Positions 1 through 18,093 of a stretch of 64,000 nt of DNA are shown here, in pieces. Every line of letters starts with the position of its first letter. Within the stretch, counting starts at the first letter, position 1. The notes beneath the pieces are model-generated. The model was not told where the DNA came from. It did no database searches and saw only the letters and a program-made list of their open reading frames with translations. The stretch is from the human T2T-CHM13v2.0 reference genome, Homo sapiens. The stretch is taken from assembly GCF_009914755.1 (NCBI RefSeq), contig NC_060925.1; one strand, 5' to 3'. A program made the position numbers and the translations under genes.

Positions 1-945
1 TGTCTTAGAAAATGGAAGTGACATTGGGGCATTCATATGGAGATTGGGTTGATTGGCTGGCTTTTGTTGTGCTCTTTGAGGCCTAAGAGAAATTGGCCCT
101 TCTAATTGAATGTGAATTTCACAGTGGGATGTATGGTTTTATGAACTGTTTTATTTATATGCGGGCATTTCAGGGGAGGCAGATTACTTTTTTTTTTTTT
201 CCTGCTTCTTGGCAACATTTTTGCCAGGTTTCTTTTTTTAGTTAGTGATTTTTATTTTTTTTAAAGTTGGTTGGTCTAGCGATGAAATGTGACGTTAAAA
301 TGCCAAAACAGATTGTGTTTGGGTCCTGTGGATGCAGCTTCACTGTTTTGTAATTATTCCTCTTGTATTGATTTTCCTCCCCATGTTTAAATTGTTCCTC
401 CTTGACAGTAGATAGCATGAAAAATGAGGTCAAAAGAATAACTCACCTCATTATAAATCACTAGGGGTAATGGAAAGTGATTCTGAAGGATGACCAGGAT
501 TCCTTCCATCTGTTAAGAATCATTTCACCTGTTGAAGAGTTCCTACAGCACAAGGACTCTAGTGGTGAGCCGCATCCATTCCAACTTCACAATTGCCGTA
601 CAGGGCTAGTATTAGGAGAATTTGACTGCTAGAACTCTAAGTGCTTAACAGGTATTTTTTAAAGCAGGCAACATCTTTATCATTGGCACCAGTTTTCAGT
701 TGAGAGTGGAGACTGCCTTGCTTCAGCTCTGTGTGTGCTATAGCCAGTTCATGACAGAATCAGCAAGGCCCAGGGTTTTTTTTTTTTTTTTTTTGTAATA
801 AGGAAATAACTTTGAAAAATTAAAATTATAAATTTAATTTTTCTGCTCATTACCTAAATTATTGCAAGAAGATTATCTTCATTTTTCTTAATATCAAGAT
901 AAATGTTCTGTCCTGTCTCTATAATGCACTTCTGTAGTTTGAATG

Positions 946-1256
946 TTTATTTATTTATTTATTTATTTATGTTTGAGACAGAGTTTCCCTCTGTTGCCCA
1001 GGCTGGAGTGCAATGGCACGATCTTGGCTCACTGCAACTTCTGCCTACTGGGCTCAGGTGATTCTTGTGCCTCAGCCCCCTGAGTAGCTGGGACTACAGG
1101 CATGCACCATCATGCCCAGCTGATTATTGTATTGTTATTGGAGATGGGGTTTCGCCATGTTGATCAGGCTGGTCTGGAACTCCTGGACTCAAGTGATCCA
1201 CCCATCTTGGCCTCCCAAAGTGCTGGGATTGCAGGCATGAGCCACCATATCCAGCC
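946..1256 (-). mobile_element. Alu
   Basis: Dimeric Alu with (TTTA)n tail. Confidence 0.93.
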
Positions 1257-1881
1257 TGTAGTTTGAATCTTTAAACAGTCAAATGATCTGTTATTAATTT
1301 TGGGGGGCACATTTGTATTGAGCACTTCCTGGATGCCAGATGCTGTTGTATACTGGGATACAAACATGGCATACAACTGTGTCTTGCTCTCAGGCATCCC
1401 ACAGTTACTGACAAACTCATAATTTTAAAGATCTATTCTGGTCTATATTGCTTGTACTTCATGTTGATTCCATTTCCTATTAATCTGTTCATAGTAAAAG
1501 TGGAGAAAAGGGTATTGATCATTATCTACACATTTACCTTTGTATGTTTTAAGATAATCAAGACCTTGTCATTAGCCTTCTCTAATAAGGATAAACATGT
1601 GCATTCTTTAATTTAGTTTCCAAATCATTAATCGTTTTGTCTATCTCTCCTGGGAATTTCTAGTTCCCTTTGGGTCCCCTGGCTCTGTGAGAAGAGACTG
1701 TAATGTCTTCAGCTCTGGGGACCACCACTAGGGTGAAAGACTATTATAGGACCACTTGAAAGTACAGAGTTGCAGGACTGTCAGATATGCGTTTGTTTTA
1801 TTAGAAGATTATGAAGTTCCAGGATATTATAGCAAAAAGAACATTAGAGGACACCATTTGACCCACCTGTGCCATTTTATT

Positions 1882-2348
<467 letters not shown>

Positions 2349-2573
2349 TGAGAAGAAGCAAAATGTGCTCTAAATTCTTTTGAAGAACTTTTGAAGAAGG
2401 ATGATACCTTATAGTTGTATTCCTCTTTCAAAAACTTCAAAGTAATAGAAACATCAGGGGTCATTATTCATGTTCCAAGATAACTAATCTAAGGATTCTA
2501 TTAAGAATTGGTTTTACATTTGACTTATTCATCTCTATATGTATCTACTACTAAGCAACATGATAACATTGCA

Positions 2574-3135
<562 letters not shown>

Positions 3136-3290
3136 GCAAAATTTTTTAAAACAAAAAACAATTAGTACAAATACCACCCTAACATATTAATTGGTTTTTT
3201 TTCCTTTGTTCTTCCTCAGGCTGTCTTAGCTTTTGCAAATATTTTAACATAGTTGAACTCATGGTATGTTAAAATTACCATAAGTACTGT

Positions 3291-3570
3291 GGCCAGCTTT
3301 AGTGGCTCATGCTTGTAATTCCAGCACCTTGGGATGCCAAGGCGAGAGGATCACTTGAGGCCAGGAGTTTGAGACCAGCCTGGGCATTTTTAGAGACAGG
3401 GAAATCCTAAGTCTAAAAAAAAAAGCCAATTGTGGTCGCCTGCAGTTGTGGCTACTCAGGAGGCTGAGGCAGGAAGATTGCTTGTGCCAGGGTGGTTGAG
3501 CCAAGATTACACCACTGCATTCCAGACTAGGCAACAGAGTGAGACAGTCTCTAAAAAAGAAAAAAAAAAA
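3291..3570 (+). mobile_element. AluJ
   Basis: Diverged Alu with A tail. Confidence 0.9.
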
Positions 3571-3865
3571 GTAATTTTTACTGAGTGCTGCTTTATACCA
3601 AGTGTTGCTATGCATTTTGCTTTTTAAAAATTATCTTTACATCAACAGCTCTACCAAATAGGTGGTTTATTCCACTTAATGATGAGGAAGAAGAATCAAA
3701 GAAGGTAATTTGTCCTAACCTAGGGATCACACGTCATGCTGGTATTTAAATTCACATCTGTCTGACTCAGAAGCTTTTAGTCTTCTACCTAGGTTGTGCT
3801 GGTTTTCTGAAATCCTGGCTCACCTCTCCATTTAGACCTCTTTATTTTTTTAAAAGCCTCTTAGC

Positions 3866-4138
3866 ACCTGTAATGACAGCACTTTGGGAGGCTGAGGTGG
3901 GCGGATTGCTTGATCTTAGCCTGGGCAACATAGCAAAACCCCATCTCTACAAAAATACAAAAATTAGCTGGGCATGGTGGCATACCTCTGTAGTCCCAGC
4001 TACTCAGGAGGCTAAGGCGGGAGGATTACCTGAGCCTGGGAGTTTCGGGCTGCAATGAACTATGATTGCACCGCTGCACTCCAGCCTGGGTGACCGAGCA
4101 AGACCCTGTCCCTCCGCTCCCGCCCCCCCACAAAAAAA
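3866..4138 (+). mobile_element. AluJ
   Basis: Diverged Alu. Confidence 0.9.
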
Positions 4139-4360
4139 CCTCTTAGAGACATAGTTTTATAGAGATAGGATTCTTTTAGCATTCCATTACTACTGAGATT
4201 TTTATATTATCAGAATTCTGCACCTACTCAGTGTGAAGTAATAGCTAAAGCATTGTTTTCCTACCTCCTTCATGTCATGGTATACACAGAAGACGACATT
4301 TGTGTAAGACCCCTGGTAAACTAGAGAATATTTGCAAATTTGGTATAAAAATTCATTGTT

Positions 4361-4663
4361 GCTGGGTGTGGTGGCTCATGCCTGTAATCCCAGCACTTTG
4401 GGAGGCTGAGGCGGGCAGATCACTTGAGGTCAGGAGTCCGAGACCAGCTTGGCCAACATGGCGAAGCTCCGTCTCTACTAAAAATACAAAAATTAGCCAA
4501 GCATGGTGGCACATGCCTGTAATCCCAGCTACTCGGGAGGCTGAGGCAGGAGAATTGCTTGAACTGGGAGGCGGAGGTTGCAGTGAGCCAAGAACGCACC
4601 ACTGCACTCCAGCCTGGGAGACAGAGCGAGACTCCATCTCAAAAAAAAAAAAAAAAAAAAAAA
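4361..4663 (+). mobile_element. AluS
   Basis: Full Alu with A23 tail. Confidence 0.94.
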
Positions 4664-5924
4664 TCAGTTGTGTTTTCTTAATACAGTAATGATAACAAAA
4701 TACATTAAAAATCAGACATTGAGCAACAGAATAAAAATGTATGAATATTAAATAAATAGACTAAGAAACTACAAAATTATGTTTTATTTAGGAACACCTA
4801 ATAATACCAGATGTATTAATAATGATGATGTTGATTATAATGCTTTTGATGACAAACATACATTTAGAAATTGTGGTGCTATTAGAGCAAATTAAATAGA
4901 AAACTTCATTTACATATGGGTGCAAAACGTAGAACCTCACTGATTGTTAAACAATGTAGACTAAAATAAAAATATAGACTAAAATGATTCAACAGGAAGA
5001 TCAAGAGAAGGGGCTATTTCATGGAGTCACTGTACTGTGCCATGTGCATAGTTTTATGTACCAAAACTATGGTACTTAAGTGGTTCCATATAGTGAAGTC
5101 ATGTGCATAGTTTTCTGTACCAAAATTATAATTAGGAAGTTTATGTAGAGAACTATATGAATTAAATATAACTTTACCCATCCTGAATTTTTAGTTGGTT
5201 GCAAAACATTTTTAATACAATACAAAATTTTATTCAGAAGATCTTTACATTACACTACTTATAAGCCATTTTAGAACAATAAATGATTGGGAAGATCTGA
5301 TATAAAGTCTTTTAGCTCTAACGTATTGATAGTAAGCATTCAGTAAATATTGAGTATTGTTATGTTTAGTTAGTAAAGCAAAGTGGTTAAGATTATGAGC
5401 TTTGGAATCAGACATAGTTGGTTTCTAATCCTGGTTTTGCTACTTACATAAGCTTTATGTAAGCTGTCTGTGCACAGTGCCTTATTCTTAGTAGGCATTT
5501 AGGTGATTTTCTTTTAGACTAAGATGAGGATAAAAATCTTTAGTGAGTCTTACCGTGACCTACCAGACACTGTATCATCTGATCCCCCATTAGCTCTCAG
5601 TACTTGTCTTTCCCTTGTTCAACCCATTCCAGTCACATTAGTGTCCTCCTTGTTTCTCAAAAACTCCAGTTGCTAGGAATAGATGCTTAAGGGCCTCACA
5701 TCTGTTTTTCCTTCTGCCTGGAATGCTATTCCATCAGCTACACACATGGCTTGCAAATGTCACCTTTGTAGTGAAGCACTTCCAGGCCATGATATCTAAA
5801 AATTTCAGATGAACTTTCCTCACCTTCTCATTTTTTTAAATTGAGGTAAATTTTACATATAGTAAAATGCATAGAACTTAAATCTACAGTTTGATGGGTT
5901 TTGACAACGTATACAACCATGTAA

Positions 5925-6641
<717 letters not shown>

Positions 6642-6867
6642 TGGTAACCATCACCCAAATCAAGAAATAGGACATTTTTGCCTCCTTTGAAAGTTCTACC
6701 CACCACCCCTTCATCCTCCCCCAGGCTACCACTGTTATAATTTCTATCATTCTAGAATTAGTGTTGGCTGTATTTTTCTTTTTTTTTTTCAAGAAATATT
6801 AACTATTCTTTATTTGATATATATAAGCCATATAAAATGCCTTTTAATAAGTTAAAAGAACCATTTT

Positions 6868-7139
6868 ATTTTGAGATGGGGTCTTACTGTGTCACACAGG
6901 ATGGGTTGCAATGGCAGGATCATGGCTCACTGCAACCTTGACTCCTGGGCCCAAGCCATCCTTCCACCTCAGCCTCCTGAGTAGCTACGACTACAGGAAT
7001 GCACCACCATGCCTGGCTATTTTTAATTTTTGTACAGATGAGGTCTCTCTATGTGGTCCAACTTGTGGCCTCAAGCAATCCTCCCACTTCAGCCCCAAAA
7101 AAGTATTGTGATTACAGGCATGAGCCACTATGCCCAGCC
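6868..7139 (-). mobile_element. AluJ inside the CYCS pseudogene 3'UTR
   Basis: TSD GAACCATTTTA on both sides. Confidence 0.92.
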
Positions 7140-7838
7140 AAGGAACCATTTTAGACACAGAGAATTCTAATTAAATTGACATAGTTAAGACCAGAAATAT
7201 AAAGTAGACATTGTTACCTTATCTTTAGTCTTTGCCTTTAAGAGGCACATGAACGCAGAACACAGGTGGGTCTTGCTTGGTTCTGAGACAGTGAAGACAT
7301 TTCCCCAGTATTTAAATATATTCATATAGCTAGTTATATAAATCTAAATATAAAGCCAATCTCTAATAGGTTTTAAGATGGCATTCACCATCTTTGTGAA
7401 AAGTTGAACACTACGAATTAAGTCCAATCATAGTTTTAGAAGGGGGAAACAGTGATACCATTTACTGAATCAGAATTACTGTTAAAATTTTAAAAAACCC
7501 AAATGTATTCATTTAACCACAAGCGAGTCTTAATTAAATCAGGACTGCTCAACAAAAATATTCTGTGAGTTATTCATGATTTGAATTCTGATGTATATTA
7601 GAGAGCTATTAAATTATGTACACATAAAAAAGTCATGTGGTCAATTATTACTGATTATTAGCTTTTCTGAGATAAGCTATCAAGTCTGCCCTTTCTGCCT
7701 TCTTCTTAGTGCTGACAATGGTCATTTTTGTTCCAGGCATGTACTTCTTGGGATTCTGCAAATACTCCATCAGTGTCTCCTCTCCTCAGGTGATGCCTTT
7801 GTTCTCATTGGCGTCTGTGAGAGAATTCAGTGGCCTGA

Positions 7839-8215
<377 letters not shown>

Positions 8216-8639
8216 TTGGGCACACTTCTGAACAAAACTCTTCTTGCCTTTCTCAACATCACCCATATTTAATTCTGTCTCTCATCACTGGTACTACGAA
8301 CTTCCTGTTCAGAAGCCGGACATCCCACTCTTTCAGTTTTAGCTGTTTTAAAAGGAATATAGAATATGTACCTTTTAAAGTTTGGTTTCTTCAACTGAAC
8401 ATAATGTTTTTGAGATTTATTCATTTTTCACGTATCCATAGTTTATTGTTTTTTATGGCTGAGTAGTATTCCATTGTGTGAGTATTCCAAAATTAGTTTA
8501 TTCTTCTGATTATTGACATTTGAGTTATTTCCTTTTTTTTGCTATTATGAATAAAGATGATAAAGATGCTGTGAGTAGTCTACAAATCTTTTTGTAGACA
8601 TATTGTTTTTATTTCTCTTGGGTAAATACCTGAGAATGA

Positions 8640-8957
<318 letters not shown>

Positions 8958-9121
8958 GAGAATGTAAAATCTTAGCTTTATTAGCAACTTGCTGTTTTCT
9001 GATGTGGTTGTACCATTTTATACTACCCCTAGCAATGAATTAGAATTCTGTTTGCTCCACATCTTTGTTGATATCTGATATTGTCATTTTTTTTGAACAC
9101 GAGTTCCATTTGCTCCACATC

Positions 9122-9492
<371 letters not shown>

Positions 9493-9601
9493 TAATATTA
9501 GCCATTGTTTGTATAGTGTTATTTCATTTTGGTTTTAATTTACACTTCTGCAATGACTAGTGATGTTCAGCACCTTTTCGCATATTTATTCATTATTTGG
9601 A

Positions 9602-9621
9602 GTGTGTGTGTGTGTGTGTGT
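9602..9621. repeat. (GT)10 microsatellite
   Basis: Directly visible. Confidence 0.95.
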
Positions 9622-9901
9622 CTGATTTCAGTCTTTTGTACATTAAATTTGCTTTTTGTTTTTTATTATTGATTTGTAGGCATTCTTGATGTTTTCTGGA
9701 TATAAGTCCTTGGTCAGATAAATATATTATAGATATTTTACCCTGGTCTATGCCTTGTTTCTTTACGTTCTTGTTTTGTTTTGAATAAACTTTTTATTTA
9801 GAAGTGATTTAAGATTTACAAAAAAGTTGCAAAGATAGTTTAGAGAGAGAGTATTTGTATACCCTTCACCCAGCTTTCCTGAATGTTAACATTTTACATA
9901 A

Positions 9902-10326
<425 letters not shown>

Positions 10327-10340
10327 TAAAAGTAATTTTT

Positions 10341-10937
10341 GGCCGGTTCCAGTGGCTCTTATCTGTAATCTTAGCACTTTGGGAAGCTGAAGTGGGTGGA
10401 TTGCTTGAATCCAGGAGTTCAAGACCAGCCTGGGCAACAAAGCAAGACCCCATCTCTAGAAAAAATACAAAAATTAGCCAGGTATGGTGGTGCGTGCGGA
10501 TAGTTCCAGCTACTCAGGAGTCCGAGGAGGGAAGATGGCTTGAGCCTGTGAGGCAGAGGCTGCAGTGAGCTGAGATCAACACTAAACTTCAGCCTGGGTG
10601 ACAGAGTGAGACCCTGTCTCAAAAAAAATAAATAAATAAAGCAATTTTGCCTGGACAAGGTGGCTCACACCTGTAATCTCAGCACTTTGGGAGGCTGGGC
10701 AACATAGAGAAACCCCATCTCTACAAAAAAACAAACAAAAAAATAGCTGGGCATGGTGGCATATGCCTGTGGTCCCAGCTACTTGGGAGGCTGAGGTAGG
10801 AGGACCACTTGGGCCTGGGAATTCAGGTCTATAGTGAACTGTGATTGTGCTGCTGCACTTCAGCCTGGGCAACAGAGTGAGACTCTGTCTCAAAATAAAA
10901 AAAAATAAAAAAGTAAAAAATAAAAGAAAAAAGAAAA
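10341..10937 (+). mobile_element. Two tandem AluJ-like copies (about 10341-10640 and 10648-10937)
   Basis: Two Alu heads and two A tails; the second has an internal deletion. Confidence 0.9.
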
Positions 10938-11055
10938 GCAGTTTTTAAAAAGTAGTAGTAGTATTTATTTGATTTTCTTACTGAACTATGTTGTTGGCTT
11001 TCTCAAATTCTGGATTTTTCAGTTATATATTAGCATCTGTTAATCCTGATGATAA

Positions 11056-11700
<645 letters not shown>

Positions 11701-12614
11701 CTTCCTTTTTTTATTGTCAGGTCTTCATTTTTAACCAGAACATTTAGAACACTATTAATAATTGTGACAGAAGATATCTTTGTTTTTTTTTTTCCTTTAA
11801 CGAGAATGTCACTAGTGTTTCTACTAGAAATATGATGTTTAGTTTCCAGTAGCTTCTTTGATTAAGGAATTTTCTTATTTCTAGTTTATGAAGGTTTAAA
11901 AAAATCCCCTTTTTATTGCAAAATTTAACACACAGAAAAGTGTACATAAAACACAAATGTATAACTTAATAGATTTTTGTAAAGCAGAGGTTTGAGTTAC
12001 CACCACCTTGGTCAAGAAATAAAATATTATTTCTAATGGTCAAGAAATAAAATATTATTTCTAATGGTCAAGAAGGTATATTAATTTTTTGATACCCTTG
12101 ATTATAAAACCGTTAATAACCCTGGGAAATTTAAAAGGATTATTGGGATGATGTCTCACATAGTATGCTTTAAAAGTGACAGTTATCAGCTGTAGCTTTA
12201 ACTGAGGCACTGAGGCTGCCATTATTTTACATTTTCTCCTGAGCTTTATAACTATATATCCAACTGGATTCTCATTATCTTTCCTTGAAGGCTTTTAGGT
12301 ACCTCAGACTCAACATATTTTATATGAACTGCTTCTCCTCTGTTTACTATCTCAGTAAAGGGCACCTCCCTTTACCCAGTCATTATGCCAGAAACCTAGG
12401 TAACATCTGTGATTCCTTGTTTTTCTTATTTGTTCAATAATGTTTATACAGCAGTTAACTATGTGCTAGATACCTAGCACTGTGAATATAGTAGGGAATA
12501 AAAGAGACATGGACCTCTCATGCTGGTCCTCTCATGAGGTTGTAGTCACCAAATCCTGTGGATCATACCTCCTATATGTTAATCAAATCCATCTGCTTTC
12601 ATTTGTCTCTCTCT

Positions 12615-12965
12615 TTTTTTTTTTTTTTTTTTTTTTTGAGACGGAGTCTCACTCTGTCACCCAGGCTGGAGTGCAGTGGCGCAATCTCGGCTCACTTGCA
12701 ACCTCCGCCTCCCAGGTTCAAGCAATTCTCCTGCCTCAGCCTCCTGAGTAGCTGGGGCTACAGGTGCATGCCGCCACGCCCGGCTAATTTTTTTGTAGTT
12801 TTAGTAGAGACAGGGTTTCACCATGTTGCCCAGGCTGGCCTCGAACTCCTAATCTCAGGCAGTCTGCCCGCCTGGTCTCGAACTCCTGAGCTCAGGCAAT
12901 CCGCCCGCCTCTGCCTCCGCCTCCCAAAGTGCTAGGATTACAGGCGTGAGCCACCGTGCCCTGCC
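12615..12965 (-). mobile_element. AluS with internal duplication
   Basis: Full Alu plus a duplicated segment of about 38 bp. Confidence 0.92.
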
Positions 12966-13061
12966 TCATCCACTTTAGTCCAAGTCATTGTCTCTCACCT
13001 GGGTTACAGAAACAGTCTGCTGAATGATTTCCATGCTTCTATTCTTCTTTCTCCAACTATT

Positions 13062-13365
<304 letters not shown>

Positions 13366-13704
13366 TCTCAAACTATTTTCTATGCTTCAGCCAGGAAAAC
13401 CTGAATATTTCACACCTTTCTTAAAATCTTTCAGTGGTTGTCATTGCCCTGTTCTCTAGTCTCACTTCTTGTTGTTCCCGTTTTTGAATTCTATGCTTCA
13501 GCCACACTGATCATTTTTCACTTTCTCAATTATGTCATTTTCTCATCTCCTAGTCTTAATACATTTCCTTCTCCTACTTCCACAATCCTTATTGTCTCTC
13601 TTCTTTGACTACCAATTTTACAGGTCTCAGGTTCAACATCAGTGCCTCTAAGGAGCCTCCCATGGCATAACCTATACTGTGTTTTCCCTTTATATCTTTT
13701 CCTT

Positions 13705-13968
13705 GTGTTTTTAAGAGATAGGGTTCTCACTATGTTGTGCAGTGGTGTAATCATAGCTCACTGTAACTTCAAACTGCTGGGCTCAAGGGATCCTCCCAAG
13801 TAGATAGGTCTACAGGTGTGTGCCACCATGCTCGAGTAATTTTTTAATCTTTATTTTGTAGAGACAAGGTCTCACGGTATTGCCCAGGCTGGTCTCAAAT
13901 GCCTGGCCTCAAGCAGTCCTCCCCCTCAGACTCCCAAAATGCTGGCATGAGCCATGGCATCCCGCCCC
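13705..13968 (-). mobile_element. AluJ
   Basis: Diverged Alu. Confidence 0.85.
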
Positions 13969-14983
13969 CACTTTGTTTCTTATAGCTTACCTGTCATAAC
14001 ACTTGTCATATAGTCTTATAGTTTAATTTGTCATATATTCTTATGGTCAATACACTTTAGGCTCTGGGAAGGGAGGGAGTGTGCCTAACTTATTCACTGT
14101 TATGTTAATTGCATCTATGGCAGTATCTATTAAGTCTTAGGCATTGGGAATAAAGATTTGTTCAATGAATGAACTGAGCAGAGGAAGGGGGTGGTGGCAA
14201 GAAAAGAGCAGTGAGGTGTTCCAGTTGATAATTTAATAAGAATAATCAGAGTTGGAATAATCAGAATTTGTATTTCAAACCTTATAACTTCCTTTGCTTA
14301 AAAATATTTGATTTTCTTTCTTAATAATTCTTGTTTTAGGTTTTTTTTTATTAGTTAAACTTTGGTTGGTTAGGGCTTAACAGGGAATTAGGAATTTGAT
14401 AGCATGTTCTTACATCTTTTAAAGACCAAGAGAACTAGAAGGAGAGCATAAACCAGGATTTTAGATGCTAAAAATATTACAGAATTTAGATCCTTGACCT
14501 TCAGGGAGTGTATCAATGTGAGGAGTGCAACTGTTAGGAATAAGTGCCTTGGATGTTGAAAGTTCTTGCAAAATTTAGACAATTTGCTGTGTCATAGGTA
14601 TTGAATCAGCTGGAAGCAAACTGAAAGTATAAATTGAATGGATGGATAGAAACGTGAGTGGTAGTAAGAATAAAACAAACTAAATTTTAAAAACAGTTTA
14701 GGGATTGGTATGAAAATACAATCTTATATATAAAGATTGCATCCTTTTATAAGTTGTATGTGGATTAAATAAAATTAGTCTTAATCATTTATTTGATGTA
14801 AAAATTACCCTGGAAGTTGTTATTTGTAGTAAAGGAATATGGGAAGGATTATTAAAGTTTTTTCAATATAATATAAATATTAAATAATAGGATAGTGCAC
14901 TAACCAGAGTTCATCAGAGACAATTTTTTTCAACCTTATACCTTTTTATTCTTTTTGAATGCTGGGAGGTGAATCTTTTACAC

Positions 14984-15207
14984 CAAGCTTGTCCAACCTA
15001 TGGCCCCTGAGGCCACGTGCGGCCCAGGACAGCTTTGAATGTGACCCAACACAAATTCATAAACTTTCTTAAAACATTATGAGATTTTTTTGGCTTTTTT
15101 GTTTTGTTTGTGCTCATCAGCCATCATTAGTATTAGTGTGTTTTATGTGTAGCCCAGGACGATTCTTCCAATGTGGCCCAAGGAAGCCAAAAGATTGGAT
15201 ACCCCTG
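14984..15207 (-). mobile_element. MER30 (hAT-Charlie MITE)
   Basis: Ends CAAGCTTGTCCAACC and TTGGATACCCCTG; near-matching flanks TTTACAC/TTAACAC. Confidence 0.88.
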
Positions 15208-15406
15208 TTAACACCATTTGGTGAGCTAAGACATGGTGTCATGAAAACAGTAACAACTAGCTGTTTAAGGCGGGATAATTATGGAATGAATACACTGGCT
15301 AATTAGTGTAGATGTTCTGAGAAGATAGAGGTTACTTTCAATTGGGAAAGGCATGGTTCCTGGCAGGTTGGGTATCTCGTAACTGCTTATTAAATAAACG
15401 GGTTGA

Positions 15407-15724
<318 letters not shown>

Positions 15725-15954
15725 GAGAAGGGTAGTATTTTAAGTGATTAATTTGATAAGACTGTGTTGGATGGATTGATTGGAGGAAGGAGGGATGAGT
15801 TAAGATGTACAGTAGCTTATTAGCCTCTAGGGCAATAGTGAAAGGCATCTAAGAGAACAGTAAAGTAAGATGTGAATAGGCATTTAAGAAAAATAAAGGA
15901 TGTTGAGACTTACTGATTATGGGGAGCAGGAGAAAGAAAGGTCAAAGACAGGTG

Positions 15955-16250
15955 TTTTTTTTTTTTTTTTTTGAGACGGAGTCTCGCTGTTGCCCAGGCT
16001 GGAGTGCAGTGGCGCGATCTCGGCTCACTGCAGGCTCCGCCCCCGGGTTCACGCCATTCTCCTGCCTCAGCCTCCCGAGTAGCTGGGACTACAGGCGCCC
16101 GCCACCTCGCCCGGCTAATTTTTTGTATTTTTAGTAGAGACGGGGTTTCACCGTGTTAGCCAGGATGATCTCGATCTCCTGACCTCGTGATCCGCCCGCC
16201 TCAGCCTCCCAAAGTACTGGGATTACAGGCGTGAGCCACCGCGCCCAGCC
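15955..16250 (-). mobile_element. AluY (young, Ye-like variant)
   Basis: CpGs largely intact; CAGGCTCCGCCCC and CCACCTCGCCC variants; TSD AAAGACAG. Confidence 0.92.
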
Positions 16251-16566
16251 AAAGACAGTTTTAAGATTTTGAGAATACTGATATTTCACAAATATTTATT
16301 AAGCATCCGTTCTGTGCTCTCTTCTTCTTTTCCTTAAAATGCCTCAAGTTGTCTTCATTCTTTTTTTTTTTTTTTTTTTTTTTGGTCTTTATTCTTAAAA
16401 ATGGCCACCAAAAGAACTTTCTTTCAGTCTTACCTGTCTTGCAAACCACTGACCCATCTCTTTCCTTTCTCTTCAAATTCTCCTTAAGGAGTAGTGTAAA
16501 CCCACTCTGCTACTTTGCTCCATTATGCTGAAACTGCTTTCTCAAAGGTCATCGCAGACTTCCTAA

Positions 16567-16892
<326 letters not shown>

Positions 16893-17391
16893 ATTTTTCT
16901 AGTTCTTATCCTTTTGGAGCATTTTATAACGTTTTATCTACTTGATCTCCATATGAATTAAAACGCTTATTCTTTGGCTTCCAAAACAATGCTTTTTTTC
17001 CCCTCAGATCTTCTTCTTACCTCCTGAATCACTCTTCTGCTCACGATTCCTCTTCCATTGCCCACTCTTTGCCCAGATTTCTACCCCAACCCACTTTCTC
17101 TATATTCTTTCGTCTTTGTAACCTTACCCACTCCCATGGCCTCATCCCTCATTATGTACTAATGATGTCGAGATCTGTCTGACCCTGACCTGTTTAGACT
17201 TGACTTTTTTCCTGGACTCAAGATATGCATTTCCAGCTGCCCATTAGACATCTTGATGTAGATGTCTTACAGGTTTCTCTCGGTCTCAGTATTTCCAGAG
17301 CAAAATTGTTCTCATCCTATCACAAAATTTGTTGCTCCTCCTGTTTTCTCTTCTTGAAAAGAAATATCATCAGCCACTCAGTCATTTAAGT

Positions 17392-17548
17392 CATTGATTC
17401 CCAATTGACTGCATGAGAATCACCTGGGGGCACATGTTAACAATAGAGGCTGCTGAACTGTATCCTCCAAAGAGCCTGATTCATTAGGTCTATGGTAGGA
17501 CCCAGGAATCTTTTATTCTGATGCTTATCCAAGTTTGGAAATCACTGA
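17392..17548. mobile_element. MER5A-like hAT MITE
   Basis: GCATGAGAATCACCTGGG...CTGATTCATTAGGTCT...GTTTGGAAATCACTG. Confidence 0.7.
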
Positions 17549-17884
17549 TGAAAACTGATTTGCTCCCTCCGTCCCCATCTCCACCGTCTACTGAGTTACC
17601 AGGACTTGTCAGTTCTATCTGTGTAATGTCTCATAACTCTGTCTTCTTGTCTCCATTTACACTGCTAGTATTCTAGTTGAGACTGTCATCTTTATGGGAA
17701 CTTGTAGGTACATAGTAGGTATTTTTAAAATTCTTGTTGAATAAATGAATGCATGATTGCCATAGTCTGCCATAGGTCTATTTTTTCCCCTAATTTCACA
17801 TCTTTACAGTCTATTTCTAATAGTACCTTGTTATTTTTAAAATACCAATCTAATGATATAACTTTTCTTTAAAAAACAATCCAT

Positions 17885-18093
17885 CATTGGCTTTCGAGCT
17901 TGGTTATACATCAGAATACTCATTAAATGCAGATTCTGTCTGTTTAAGAATGAGGACAATTAAAGAAAAATACAGATGCCTGAGCCCCAACTCTGGAAAT
18001 TTCAATTTAGTAGATCTGGAGTACAGCACAGGAATCTGTATTTTTACCAGGTATCCCAGAGATTCTGATGCAATTTTGCATTTTGAAGCCATT
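17885..18093. mobile_element. MER5-like hAT MITE
   Basis: CATCAGAAT...AAAATACAGATGCCTGAGCCCCA...CAGGAATCTGTATTTTT...GATTCTGATG. Confidence 0.7.
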
